Shown: piece after piece, positions 37,110 to 46,574 of the stretch
How positions within the stretch are numbered: position 1 is the stretch's first letter
Layout: the number at the start of each line of letters is the position of its first letter
From: Candidatus Poribacteria bacterium
Lineage (GTDB): Bacteria > Poribacteria > WGA-4E > WGA-3G
Direction of reading: 5' to 3'
NCBI GenBank assembly: GCA_022821725.1
Contig: JAJEDB010000043.1
Coordinates: 22,563 to 86,562, forward strand
Length of the DNA stretch: 64,000 nt
Translations under genes and position numbers: made by a program
Notes under the pieces: model-generated
Told to the model about the DNA's origin: nothing
The model's database searches: none
Seen by the model: only the letters and a program-made list of their open reading frames with translations

Positions 37110-38054
37110 TTAATCTTCGGTAAAAGTTCGCTGAAGGGGCACATGTTCTGGTTGTTTTTGGACGATTGTCCCATCATCCAGATGAAGCCACGTTTCAAAT
37201 TGACGCTCGCCTTCCTGTAAAGTTATAACGCGTGCGCCGCGGGGAAATCCGTCTCTGCCGTAAGTATTGTAGCCAGAAGCGCGCCCATAACACAAGCGAA
37301 TTCCGTGCAAATCCCCCCAGAAATCGTTAATATGTTCGTGTCCAACAAACGTTCCCATGACATCGCCGGCTTCATGCATCGCAGCGAAGAACCCAGTATT
37401 CAATCGAGGCGCGCAAACGTTCTCATATTTCACCCCGTAGCAGGTGTGAAAGTCCCATACCTCATCATATTCAGGGATTGGGATGTGAAAAAAGGCGAGT
37501 GCCGGAAGTGGATGCCCCGCGTCAGCAGTGAATTTTTCGGATTCTTGCAGGTACCACACAATTTGTTCCCGTTTAATCCAATCATAGCCATCAATACGTG
37601 TTTGGGAGTAGCTGCCGGAATCGATAAAATAGAGGAGGGCTGCGGATACATTCTCCTCAGCGTTTTGGATGGGTAAAACGTAATTTCCGACACCGGGTAT
37701 CTCTGTGGGTCCTGGCTCTGCAAGAGAGAATGTGCCTTCTTGCAGGACTGCCATCAACTCGTCGCGATTAGCGGTCCCTTCATCGTCGTGATTTCCGAAA
37801 ACGGCTGCCCACGGTGCGCCGCATCCTTCTACGATTTTAACAACTTCTCGGAGAGCGTCGGCGGCATTGTCGCACCCACCGCCCGATAAAATATCGCCTG
37901 TCAGTACAATTAAATCCGGAGCCTCAGCTTTCGCGATTCGGACCATCAGGTCGGCTGATTGCTGATCGGGTTCTTCACCATTCTCCCAATGAATATCCGT
38001 AAATTGCACGATTTTGAAAGGACGACCGCTGCGGAACTTCAATGTATTTTTCAC
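37110..38054 (-). CDS. Metallophosphoesterase (Dcr2-like)
   Basis: DIH, TGD, GNHD, FFHIP, GHEH. Confidence 0.9.
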   Translation of the reverse strand: MKNTLKFRSGRPFKIVQFTDIHWENGEEPDQQSADLMVRIAKAEAPDLIVLTGDILSGGGCDNAADALREVVKIVEGCGAPWAAVFGNHDDEGTANRDELMAVLQEGTFSLAEPGPTEIPGVGNYVLPIQNAEENVSAALLYFIDSGSYSQTRIDGYDWIKREQIVWYLQESEKFTADAGHPLPALAFFHIPIPEYDEVWDFHTCYGVKYENVCAPRLNTGFFAAMHEAGDVMGTFVGHEHINDFWGDLHGIRLCYGRASGYNTYGRDGFPRGARVITLQEGERQFETWLHLDDGTIVQKQPEHVPLQRTFTED

Positions 38055-38297
38055 TATCTATTGTTCTCCTTCGCCTTTAATCATAACATAATTCGCAAAA
38101 ATTGCAAGCGAATTCTTTATGTAAGAATTATTCCATTTGGCATTATGAACAGAATACCACACTCTCTTCTATAGAGACATCTATCCTGAAAAAGATAGTT
38201 AAAAGATTCCATATATATGCTTTTCGCCAATGCACAAACTGGAAATCCTGCTATAATAACCTTGCTATCTCCATCTTGACGTGGTAATATATACGCT

Positions 38298-39116
38298 ATG
38301 CCAAGTAACTGTTCCTTAAACACATACGACACTCGGACAACTATACTCTCTAACGAAGAGGTAGCGGAAGCGCATTATTTGTTGCGTTGTGAATGTGCTG
38401 AGATCGCGCAGCATGCGCGTCCGGGGCAGTTCATCCATGTCATGATTTCGCAAGGTCCAGGCATGTTGCTCCGTCGTCCCTTCACGATCTATACGGTGGA
38501 AGGGGACGAGATAACGATGCTCTATCAAATTATCGGCGAGGGAACGAAACAATTGTCGGAGATGCCGAAGGGCGCCTCCCTACACGTTTTGGGACCGCTC
38601 GGTAATACGTTTAATCTGACGACAAACCCGGAACCAGCGATACTTGTTGGTGGGGGTGCCGGTATTGCTTCGCTCATGTTACTGGCTGTTGCGTTACGTG
38701 AAAAAGATATACAAACGCTTGGATTGGTCGGTGCCCAGCATCGCGCCCGACTTTTGAGTGTGTCAGATTTGGAATCTATCGGCATCGCCGTGCATATTGC
38801 TACAGACGATGGGAGCATCGGACATCACGGATATGTAACTGAGATCCTCACGGATTTGCTGCGCGAAACCCAATGGCACCGTCCGACGATTTATGCGTGT
38901 GGACCGCATGGGATGCTCGCTGCTGTTACGAAAATAGCGACAGATTTTCAAGTGCCTACGCAAATTGCTATGGAGAATCGAATGGGGTGTGCGATGGGGG
39001 TGTGTCTCGGCTGTGTTTGTCCTGTCCGAATAGACACGGATCGCTTTGAATACCAACGTGTTTGTACCGAAGGTCCCGTCTTTAATGCCACCGACATCGC
39101 GTGGGATATTTCTTAG
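38298..39116 (+). CDS. pyrK: Dihydroorotate dehydrogenase electron-transfer subunit
   Basis: PGQF, LRRPFT, GPLG, GGGAG, ACGP, MGCAMGVCLGC...VC.EGPVF. Confidence 0.88.
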   Translation: MPSNCSLNTYDTRTTILSNEEVAEAHYLLRCECAEIAQHARPGQFIHVMISQGPGMLLRRPFTIYTVEGDEITMLYQIIGEGTKQLSEMPKGASLHVLGPLGNTFNLTTNPEPAILVGGGAGIASLMLLAVALREKDIQTLGLVGAQHRARLLSVSDLESIGIAVHIATDDGSIGHHGYVTEILTDLLRETQWHRPTIYACGPHGMLAAVTKIATDFQVPTQIAMENRMGCAMGVCLGCVCPVRIDTDRFEYQRVCTEGPVFNATDIAWDIS

Positions 39117-39187
39117 TTGGACGCAAGATGTAACAATAGGAGTTCTTGATAGCATAAACTGTTAGTTACCGCAGTTCTAAAGAAACC

Positions 39188-39276
39188 GTAGCCTGCAACA
39201 ACGGCGCAGGCGGGTTTCAGGAACGCACTTGATAGTTTAGACGCCCCTCATTCCCCCGCAAGGTATAATTAAAAAT
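39188..39276 (+). repeat. Leader repeat, copy E (89 bp), ending at the bioB ATG
   Basis: GTAGCCTGCAACAACGGCGCAGGCGG ... CCGCAAGGTATAATTAAAAAT-ATG. Confidence 0.85.
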
Positions 39277-40350
39277 ATGGAAACAACATTTTATCAAGAA
39301 TTAACAACGATTAGCCTCAGCGGCGAGCTCCTTTCCGATGCGACTTGTGAGAAACTTCTAACCGCATCAGAAATAGAATTACTCCCGCTCCTAAATGCAG
39401 CCTATCAGGTTCGCAAAACCTACTTTCAGAACGAGGTCCAACTACATATCCTCAACAACGCCCAGAACGGCTACTGCCCAGAGGATTGTCACTATTGCGC
39501 GCAGGCGAGTTCCGCCACAACAGACATCGAAGCCTACCCTTTAAAACCTGATGCCGAGATTCTCGCAGAAGCTGAACGTGCATACCAATCCGGCGCGTAT
39601 CGCTACTGTATTGTAATGAGCGGACGTGGGCCCTCACCAAAACGCGTTTCTCACCTTGCGAAGCTCATCCGCACTGTCAAAGCGCGCTACCCGATCGAAG
39701 TATGCCTCTCTGCCGGATTGATTGATGTAGACGCTGCGGGTATCTTGAAAGAAGCGGGATTGGACAGACTGAACCATAATCTGAATACTTCCGAAGCCCA
39801 TTACCCAAAGATATGTAGCACACATAGTTATCAGGATAGGATGGATACATTGCAAGCCGCGCAGCGGGTTGGACTCGCCTGTTGTTCCGGTGTGATCGTT
39901 GGGATGGGTGAAGAGACGGTGGACTTAATTCGGGTGGCGAAAGAACTCCGGCACCTTGAGGTCGCCTCGCTCCCCGTAAACTTCTTCTTACCAATCTCCG
40001 GCACGCGACTGGCGGAAATGCCTACGCTAACGCCAGATTATTGTTTACGCGTGTTATGTCTCTACCGATTCCTGAATCCGCGGGCTGAGATACGGGTCGC
40101 TGCAGGCAGGGAACACCATTTTCGGAGTATGGAGGTGATGGCACTCTATCCAGCCAATTCCATGTTTATTGATGGCTACCTGAATGCGGAAGGTTCGACG
40201 GCATCCCGCACACTCCAGATGATCAGAGATGCCGGGTTTACGATACAGACAAACGGTGATGATGTAGAACACCTCAAGCGGAGAGAAACCGAAAAAAGGG
40301 ACGTGCTTCTCAAGGAGTTGAAAGTCCTTCGTCCGCGCATGGAATCTTAA
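39277..40350 (+). CDS. bioB: Biotin synthase
   Basis: Radical SAM motif CPEDCHYCAQ, NHNLNTS, CSG.I.GMGE, IRVAAGRE. Confidence 0.95.
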   Translation: METTFYQELTTISLSGELLSDATCEKLLTASEIELLPLLNAAYQVRKTYFQNEVQLHILNNAQNGYCPEDCHYCAQASSATTDIEAYPLKPDAEILAEAERAYQSGAYRYCIVMSGRGPSPKRVSHLAKLIRTVKARYPIEVCLSAGLIDVDAAGILKEAGLDRLNHNLNTSEAHYPKICSTHSYQDRMDTLQAAQRVGLACCSGVIVGMGEETVDLIRVAKELRHLEVASLPVNFFLPISGTRLAEMPTLTPDYCLRVLCLYRFLNPRAEIRVAAGREHHFRSMEVMALYPANSMFIDGYLNAEGSTASRTLQMIRDAGFTIQTNGDDVEHLKRRETEKRDVLLKELKVLRPRMES

Positions 40351-41321
40351 CAGCAGGCGCAGCGTTTTTCTTCATGAATGTTCATGTATTGTTGGGGTGT
40401 TTGAGGTGTTGTTGGGACTACGCCGCCCCCGGTTTTGATCTTCTCAAAATCAATACGCCTCACGTCTTGTGGAATCACAAAATAGGACTGCAATAGATCC
40501 CAGTCTTTGTCGGCAATTGTGATGATTTCATCGCGATAGAAACTTACCCAAATATCCCCAATTTTAGAATTTGGTGATTCTTGTGCCAATTTGTGTTGTG
40601 TAATTTCTACATATTGGGGATCTAAATCTATACCGATAACTTTTCTTCCCAATCTTGCAGCAGCGACAGCTGTTGTACCGGTTCCCATAAATGGGTCTAA
40701 AACTATATCCCCCTCGTCCGTGCTCATCAAGATGAGACGTTCTAAAAGATGAATTGGGAGTTGACAGGGGTGCGGGTCCCTATGTTTATTATGACGGATG
40801 CGATGAATATCCGACCAGTTATCAGAAACAAGCGGTCCAAAGGGATGCAAAATCTTCTTTTTCCCACCATAGTCTTTCAACAAATATCCGCATTTCCGGC
40901 ACCGCTTATGCGGGTAGCGGATTTCATAAAATTTGTTTTCTTTTTGGCTTTTCGCATAAAATAAGATGCCATAGTGGGACGGTTGCAAGGTTTTACCCAT
41001 AGGAGATGTTGGAGCATCCCAAGCGATCCAGTGACGGAAGTCCGCGACTTCATTTAGAAAACCCGCATAATAGAGGAGCCATTTTGGAATATTGTGGACA
41101 AAAATAGATCCGCTCGGTTTTGTGATTCTCACCATCTCCAGAATCCACTGCCTGCACCACAGGAGATAGTCGTCTGTGTCTTTTTCGTCTTTGTAAGTGC
41201 CATACTTCTTTTTCAGATTGAACGGAGGATCGGCAAACGTAACGTCAATGCTGTCTGAAGGTATGTCCGACATGACCTCTATACAATCGCCGTGAATGAT
41301 TTTGTTGATATACTTTTCCAT
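40347..41321 (-). CDS. Beta-class N4/N6 DNA methyltransferase (type II R-M)
   Basis: Motif IV DPPF precedes HPCQ.P and motif I DPFMGTGTT. Confidence 0.9.
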   Translation of the reverse strand: MEKYINKIIHGDCIEVMSDIPSDSIDVTFADPPFNLKKKYGTYKDEKDTDDYLLWCRQWILEMVRITKPSGSIFVHNIPKWLLYYAGFLNEVADFRHWIAWDAPTSPMGKTLQPSHYGILFYAKSQKENKFYEIRYPHKRCRKCGYLLKDYGGKKKILHPFGPLVSDNWSDIHRIRHNKHRDPHPCQLPIHLLERLILMSTDEGDIVLDPFMGTGTTAVAAARLGRKVIGIDLDPQYVEITQHKLAQESPNSKIGDIWVSFYRDEIITIADKDWDLLQSYFVIPQDVRRIDFEKIKTGGGVVPTTPQTPQQYMNIHEEKRCACC

Positions 41322-41360
41322 AATGCGCCTCAAGTGATCCCGGGATTTGTTAATACAATG

Positions 41361-42344
41361 TTACCCCAAAACGGTAAGTAATAATTCGCTGAAACGTTTA
41401 AGTTCCGATTCTTCCAAAGTGAAGACATCTTCAAATGCACCAACCATTCTTTCCAAATCCCTTTTACGGACATACCATCCAATACCATCAACAAATCCCC
41501 AAAAATGCACACCAGGGTAATGTTCTTCAATGAGTTCTCTAATGGCGATTTCTGTCTTCGCTTTATCTCCTTGACCCGAGGAGGTTGTTGTTAAATACGA
41601 AGCCTCAATAACAATTTGTGGATTTTCTCTGTTAGGGATGATAAAATCCATTGTGCGCTTTTGATTCGGAGCATGCTGTTTCAACTTATCCAAGTCTAAA
41701 CTTTTTTCAAAACTGATTTCCATATCATCTAACAAGTTTTGTATAACGACTTCAGCGTTATTTCGTTCTTTTCCTGAGTAAGAACCTTTCTCTTTATAGC
41801 GAATTAATGTATCTATCATCGCCTCAGTCTCAAAACTGAGTTTAGAAACGCCTAATTTTTTTAGTTCAAAAAGCGGGAGTGTCTCGGAAAGCACGGGAAC
41901 GGTGCAACCCTCAAAAAAAAGATTAACAATACCCTTTCTAAAGTTGGCACACTCCCCGATTTTCTTTTCTATCTTTGAATCGGACCATTCCTTTATGTCA
42001 GATTCTTCTGAGTCTGACTCTTCCTGCCAATGATCTTTACATGTAAGTTTTGAAAGTTCTTTGTCATCAGCAATTCGGATAAAGGTGATTAACCGTTTAA
42101 AGGTTTCGTTAGAAAATCCTGTCAGTGCCAACAAAGCCTTGAAACCGTTCTGCTTTTCCAAAATAAGGTCTTCAATCAACTTTTTGGTGAGACCTTCGTT
42201 TTGAACTTTGTTTCTCACGACAAGTAAAGTTCCTTTTAGAGCAGTAATATCTGCTTCGCTTTTTTCCTCAAACGTTTTAGTCTGAAACCAAAAAGTATTT
42301 TGTGTTAAGACGGTATTGACTTTCTCAACGTTGGTCCTTGCCAT
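41361..42344 (-). CDS. Putative type II restriction endonuclease (PD-(D/E)xK fold, DpnII-like C-terminus)
   Basis: R.MDFIIP...IVIEAS...SSGQGDK, FVDG.GW; directly upstream of the methyltransferase; AT-rich. Confidence 0.7.
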   Translation of the reverse strand: MARTNVEKVNTVLTQNTFWFQTKTFEEKSEADITALKGTLLVVRNKVQNEGLTKKLIEDLILEKQNGFKALLALTGFSNETFKRLITFIRIADDKELSKLTCKDHWQEESDSEESDIKEWSDSKIEKKIGECANFRKGIVNLFFEGCTVPVLSETLPLFELKKLGVSKLSFETEAMIDTLIRYKEKGSYSGKERNNAEVVIQNLLDDMEISFEKSLDLDKLKQHAPNQKRTMDFIIPNRENPQIVIEASYLTTTSSGQGDKAKTEIAIRELIEEHYPGVHFWGFVDGIGWYVRKRDLERMVGAFEDVFTLEESELKRFSELLLTVLG

Positions 42345-42419
42345 ACTCGTTGTCCTTATTAAGGGCTTATTTTAACCCAGAATTCAGAATTTTCCTATCC
42401 CAAGTTGAATACCTCAACC

Positions 42420-43709
42420 CTAACCAATTTGCTTGATACCGCCCATGTAAGGTTGCAGCACGGCGGGGATACGCACGGTGCCATCAGGGTTCTGATATGT
42501 TTCAAGGAGTGCAATAACAACGCGTGGCAATGCGGTGCCGGATGCGTTCAGCGTGTGAACGAACTCCGGTCTCGCCCCGGCTTCACGGCGGAAGCGAATA
42601 CTCGCGCGACGTGCCTGAAAATCCTCAAAGTTGCTACAGGAGGAGACCTCTAAGAATCGCTGCCGTGCGGGTGCCCACACCTCAATATCGTAGCATTTCG
42701 CCGCGGCAAAAGAGAGTTCCACTGTGCAATGTTGCACGACCCGGTAAGGCAAACCGAGTGCCTGTAGCACGCTCTCAGCGTTCGCCAATAGCGTTTCGTG
42801 TTCAGCATAAGAGGTTTCAGGGGTGGTAAACTTCACCATCTCCACCTTATCAAATTGGTGGATACGTTGTAAACCGCGTGTGTCCTTACCGTAAGCCCCC
42901 GCCTCGCGTCGGAAACAGGGGGTGTAGGCGGTGTAGTAGATAGGCAGTTCATCGCCAGCAAGTATCTCACCTGAGAACATATTCGTCACGGGAACCTCGG
43001 CAGTCGGAATGAGAAACAGATCGCTATCGGGGTTTTCTTCATCCCTGTCACACCGATACATATCAGACTCAAGTTTAGGAATTTGCCCTGTCCCTGTCAT
43101 TGTCGGACGGTTGGCAAGGAATGGCGGCGAGATTTCGGTGTAGCCGTGCTGCGTCGTGTGTAAATCCAGCATAAACTGAATCAACGCACGCTCCAACCGC
43201 GCCCCTACGCCTTTAAAAAGCACAAAGTTGCTCCCCGCGACCTTCGCACCGCGTTGAAAGTCAACGATGTCCAATTGTTCAGCGATTTCCCAATGCGGTT
43301 TTAATTCAAAATCGAAACTCGGCAATTCACCCCACGTTTTAATTTCGATGTTGTCATCTTCACCCATACCGACAGGTGTGCTTGCCTCCGGCATATTCGG
43401 GATCGTCAACAGAATGGCATCTATCTCCGCTTTCGTAGCGTTGGCTTCGGCGGTGAGTTCCTTTATTTCTTGGGAGAGCTTCCGCATCTCAGCGATAGTT
43501 TCTGTGGCATCCTGTTTCGCCTTTTTACGCTCGGCAATTTGTTGTGAAACCTGGTTCTGGTGCGCTTTGAGAGATTGTGTATGTGTCAAATTCTCGCGCC
43601 AACATGCATCTAATTCTACCAACCTATCCAATTCAGCTTCCGTCCGGCGATCTGCTAACATCTGACGGACATCTTCGGTATTTTCACGAATAAACTTAAG
43701 ATCAATCAC
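42420..43709 (-). CDS. serS: Seryl-tRNA synthetase
   Basis: LIPTAEVP, FRREAG..G.DTRGL.RIHQFDKVE, EVSSCSN, HTLNASG. Confidence 0.98.
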   Translation of the reverse strand: MIDLKFIRENTEDVRQMLADRRTEAELDRLVELDACWRENLTHTQSLKAHQNQVSQQIAERKKAKQDATETIAEMRKLSQEIKELTAEANATKAEIDAILLTIPNMPEASTPVGMGEDDNIEIKTWGELPSFDFELKPHWEIAEQLDIVDFQRGAKVAGSNFVLFKGVGARLERALIQFMLDLHTTQHGYTEISPPFLANRPTMTGTGQIPKLESDMYRCDRDEENPDSDLFLIPTAEVPVTNMFSGEILAGDELPIYYTAYTPCFRREAGAYGKDTRGLQRIHQFDKVEMVKFTTPETSYAEHETLLANAESVLQALGLPYRVVQHCTVELSFAAAKCYDIEVWAPARQRFLEVSSCSNFEDFQARRASIRFRREAGARPEFVHTLNASGTALPRVVIALLETYQNPDGTVRIPAVLQPYMGGIKQIG

Positions 43710-43784
43710 GGCAGTGCCGCTCCTCTATTATCAGAAGTGAGATAGTAAATTATTGTTATAGGGTAGATTGTCTTTTAACTAACG

Positions 43785-43820
43785 AAAAAGCCACAACATT
43801 GTAAGACACAACGTGTGGCT
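43785..43820 (-). terminator. Intrinsic terminator after the tRNA pair
   Basis: Minus strand: AGCCACACGTTGT-GTCTT-ACAATGTTGTGGCT followed by a T run. Confidence 0.6.
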
Positions 43821-43838
43821 AATTCAGCGTAATCAAAG

Positions 43839-43914
43839 CGGGCCCGACGGGACTTGAACCCGCGACCTCCTGCGTGACAGGCAGGCGCGCTAAACCAAAC
43901 TGCGCCACGAGCCC
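43839..43914 (-). tRNA. tRNA-Asp (GTC)
   Basis: GGGCTCG acceptor stem, CCTGC-CTGTCAC-GCAGG anticodon arm, GGTTCAAGTCC T-arm; CCA not encoded. Confidence 0.95.
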
Positions 43915-43968
43915 ATATTTTTCAATCTTGCATCGAGAGACTTCTGATTTTTAGGCAGTTACGGTAGG

Positions 43969-44042
43969 TAGGCGGGACAGGACTTGAACCTGTGGCCTAC
44001 AGCTTGTAAGGCTGTCGCTCTAGCCACCTGAGCTACCCGCCC
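43969..44042 (-). tRNA. tRNA-Val (TAC)
   Basis: GGGCGGG acceptor stem, CAGC-CTTACAA-GCTG anticodon arm, GGTTCAAGTCC T-arm. Confidence 0.95.
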
Positions 44043-44076
44043 AGAATTTCTTCATTATCTCCCAATAGCATTATTA

Positions 44077-44105
44077 AGTATACCACAGAGTTCACTGTTT
44101 GTCAA
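44077..44105 (-). promoter_or_regulatory. Strong sigma70 promoter for tRNA-Val and tRNA-Asp
   Basis: TTGACA-17 nt-TATACT with extended TG on the minus strand. Confidence 0.85.
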
Positions 44106-44202
44106 GAAAAAAATGAAAAAGCATCACTTTTTTCAAAAAAGCAGATTTTCAGAGGATCTTTGCGAATGCGTCCTCATTTACTGTAACCCAATTCCGGCGA
44201 AA

Positions 44203-44907
44203 TTATTCACGAGGCTTGTCGTTTCCACGATAAGGTCGTTCGCCACGCACAAGCACCTTCCTTGGATTATCTTCCAACGCGAGTTCATCAACACCGTGGT
44301 ACCCCAGGGTCATACTCATCCGCGTGCTATCCGTGCGATTAATCCCTGCTGCGTGAATTATCATGCTATCTATAGCGAGCAACCCTCCGGCTGGCATCGG
44401 TAAGGGTATCGCTTGACTCGCCGCGATGTGCTGGATTGCATCGTCGTTGAGACTCGCGAACGCAGGCAAATGATGTGAGCCGGGGACAACCCGTGTGCAG
44501 CCGTTCTCTAAGTTTGTGTCCTCGAGATAGATCAGAACAGTCGCAATCGTCCGAGACCAATGACGGACATCGCGATGCAATTCAAGCGAATGCGTTGAAC
44601 CTGCGTCTCGGAGATAGACGTGATTGTGGCGATTCAGCACAAATTCTATATTCGGGCCCAGCAATGATTCCAACGGATTGAGAATTTCGTCGCAAGTAAT
44701 CGTTTCTTGGAAGATGCCACCCCGTTCCCAAACAGCAGAGATTCGGATAATTCGACCGTCCTGTCGGGCAACAGGTTCCACGCCTTCCTCCATGTCTTTG
44801 AGTGCGGCGGCTTTAAGTGCCTCTACATGGTCTTTAGACAGTTGCGTCGGGAATCTAATAAAACCGTTGTGGCGAAATAGTTGGATTTCTTGGGGACTCA
44901 GTTCCAT
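44203..44907 (-). CDS. Phytanoyl-CoA dioxygenase (PhyH) family protein
   Basis: F..NGF, HRD (HxD), ENGCT.VVPGSH, H...N.....R. Confidence 0.88.
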   Translation of the reverse strand: MELSPQEIQLFRHNGFIRFPTQLSKDHVEALKAAALKDMEEGVEPVARQDGRIIRISAVWERGGIFQETITCDEILNPLESLLGPNIEFVLNRHNHVYLRDAGSTHSLELHRDVRHWSRTIATVLIYLEDTNLENGCTRVVPGSHHLPAFASLNDDAIQHIAASQAIPLPMPAGGLLAIDSMIIHAAGINRTDSTRMSMTLGYHGVDELALEDNPRKVLVRGERPYRGNDKPRE

Positions 44908-45110
44908 CGGTTTTCCTTACCTCGCTCTTTTAAAGTCAATTATATGATGTTAGTTTAACGCGAATTGATAAGGAAGTCAACAGAGAAATAAGGGGACAGA
45001 GTTTTCTCAGGAAGCGGGATAATTACGCCTTGATAGCGTAATTTGGTAACGAAAGATGAGAATATTTCGTTTTGTTTTATAGGATTCGAGATAAAAACAG
45101 GAGAAAAATA

Positions 45111-46574
45111 ATGAAAATATGGTGTGCTTGCCTGCTGTTTCTTTTGGGCGTGGTATTATCCGGATGCGGAACTCTGTCCGGTTATAAAGCGGCTTCCCAA
45201 CGCCATCGTGCGTATGTGACCGGCAAAAAACAGGCGACTGCCGCTGACTGGGGCGCGCTTATTTCAGAATTTCAGCAAGTGATCGATACAGACCCGCAAG
45301 GCCCCTCCGCTGATGATGCCCAATATGCGCTCGCTTCCAGTTGGGTCTGGCGTATCAAAGCCGGGGACACTGAAGCACCGAAGCAGGCGATTGGAGCCTT
45401 CCAAAAACTGATTCGCAACTACCCGCATTCGGGGTATGTCCCACACGCACATTACTGGTCGGGACGTTGCTATGCACATATCGGTGAGGATTACCGATCC
45501 ATCACGCAATACCAGATCGTCGAGAGTCGTTATGCGGGTTCCAAAATCGCTGGTGCCTCCCAATTAGAATTGGCACGTGTATATGTCAGACAAGGTTACA
45601 TCACACGCGCCGAGGTGCTTTATGCGACGCTTATCGAATCTTCAAGAGATCAGGGAATTGTTGTTGCTGCCACCGAAGAACTCCGTCCTCTCAAAACGCA
45701 ACCCTTCAAAATACAACAAAAACCGATAGGATCATCCCGCGAACGGACAATTCAAGCACAAAAGCAATCCGAACCTCAGTCGAAACCTCCGTCCCCACTT
45801 CTTGATACGAAGAAACCTTCGGTTCCAGACTCACTGACGCGTGAATTTGGATTAACCGCGAAAACGATTGTTATTGACCCTGGCCATGGCGGTAAAGACC
45901 CGGGGGCGTTGGGTAGCGGCACCTTACAAGAGAAAGCCATTGTGCTGGGCATCTCGAAAAAACTGCGTGAAGTGCTAACGCGAAGAGGCTACACTGTCCT
46001 AATGACACGGGATACCAATCGTTACATTCCGCTCAAGCAACGCACTGCATTCGCAACACAACACAAAGCAGACCTCTTTTTGAGCATTCATGCCAACGGC
46101 AGTGAAAACCGTAAAGCCAAAGGTATCGAAACCTACTATCTGAGTGTCACCAGTATGGACAGCGCCTCAGAAGCACTTGCGGCGCGGGAAAATGCAGACT
46201 CCGGCTATAGCATCCAAGAACTGGAAGCACTCCTGAAAGGGATCATACAGAAAAGCAAAAGCGAAGATAGTAAGCAATTGGCAAGGCACGTCCAACAAGC
46301 GTTGGTGCAAGCCACAGGTGCGATTGACCGTGGTGTCAAACACGCACGATTTGTCGTTTTGATCGGGACAAACGTCCCCGCTATCCTCATTGAGGCCGGA
46401 TTTGTATCGAATCCAACAGAAGGACATAAACTCACAACACCGGCGTATCAACATAAAATCGCCACTGCTATCGCACAAGGCATCGAGACATTCTTAGGGA
46501 AAACCGAGAAACCGCCTCTTGCCAAAAGTGGGAACCCACCGCTTGCCACTACACAGATTGAGAGGAACAGGTAA
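45111..46574 (+). CDS. Lipoprotein N-acetylmuramoyl-L-alanine amidase with TPR/BamD-like N-domain
   Basis: Lipobox LSGC; TPR-like repeats; IDPGHGGKDPGA, EK, FLSIHAN, ILIEAGF. Confidence 0.9.
   Translation: MKIWCACLLFLLGVVLSGCGTLSGYKAASQRHRAYVTGKKQATAADWGALISEFQQVIDTDPQGPSADDAQYALASSWVWRIKAGDTEAPKQAIGAFQKLIRNYPHSGYVPHAHYWSGRCYAHIGEDYRSITQYQIVESRYAGSKIAGASQLELARVYVRQGYITRAEVLYATLIESSRDQGIVVAATEELRPLKTQPFKIQQKPIGSSRERTIQAQKQSEPQSKPPSPLLDTKKPSVPDSLTREFGLTAKTIVIDPGHGGKDPGALGSGTLQEKAIVLGISKKLREVLTRRGYTVLMTRDTNRYIPLKQRTAFATQHKADLFLSIHANGSENRKAKGIETYYLSVTSMDSASEALAARENADSGYSIQELEALLKGIIQKSKSEDSKQLARHVQQALVQATGAIDRGVKHARFVVLIGTNVPAILIEAGFVSNPTEGHKLTTPAYQHKIATAIAQGIETFLGKTEKPPLAKSGNPPLATTQIERNR

Noticed and set aside
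43710-43838. T-box riboswitch upstream of serS
   Set aside because: The gap is short and has no T-box consensus; the hairpin is better explained as the tRNA operon terminator
40347-44042. Prophage or integrative element at the tRNA genes
   Set aside because: No integrase, and no duplicated tRNA 3' end was seen
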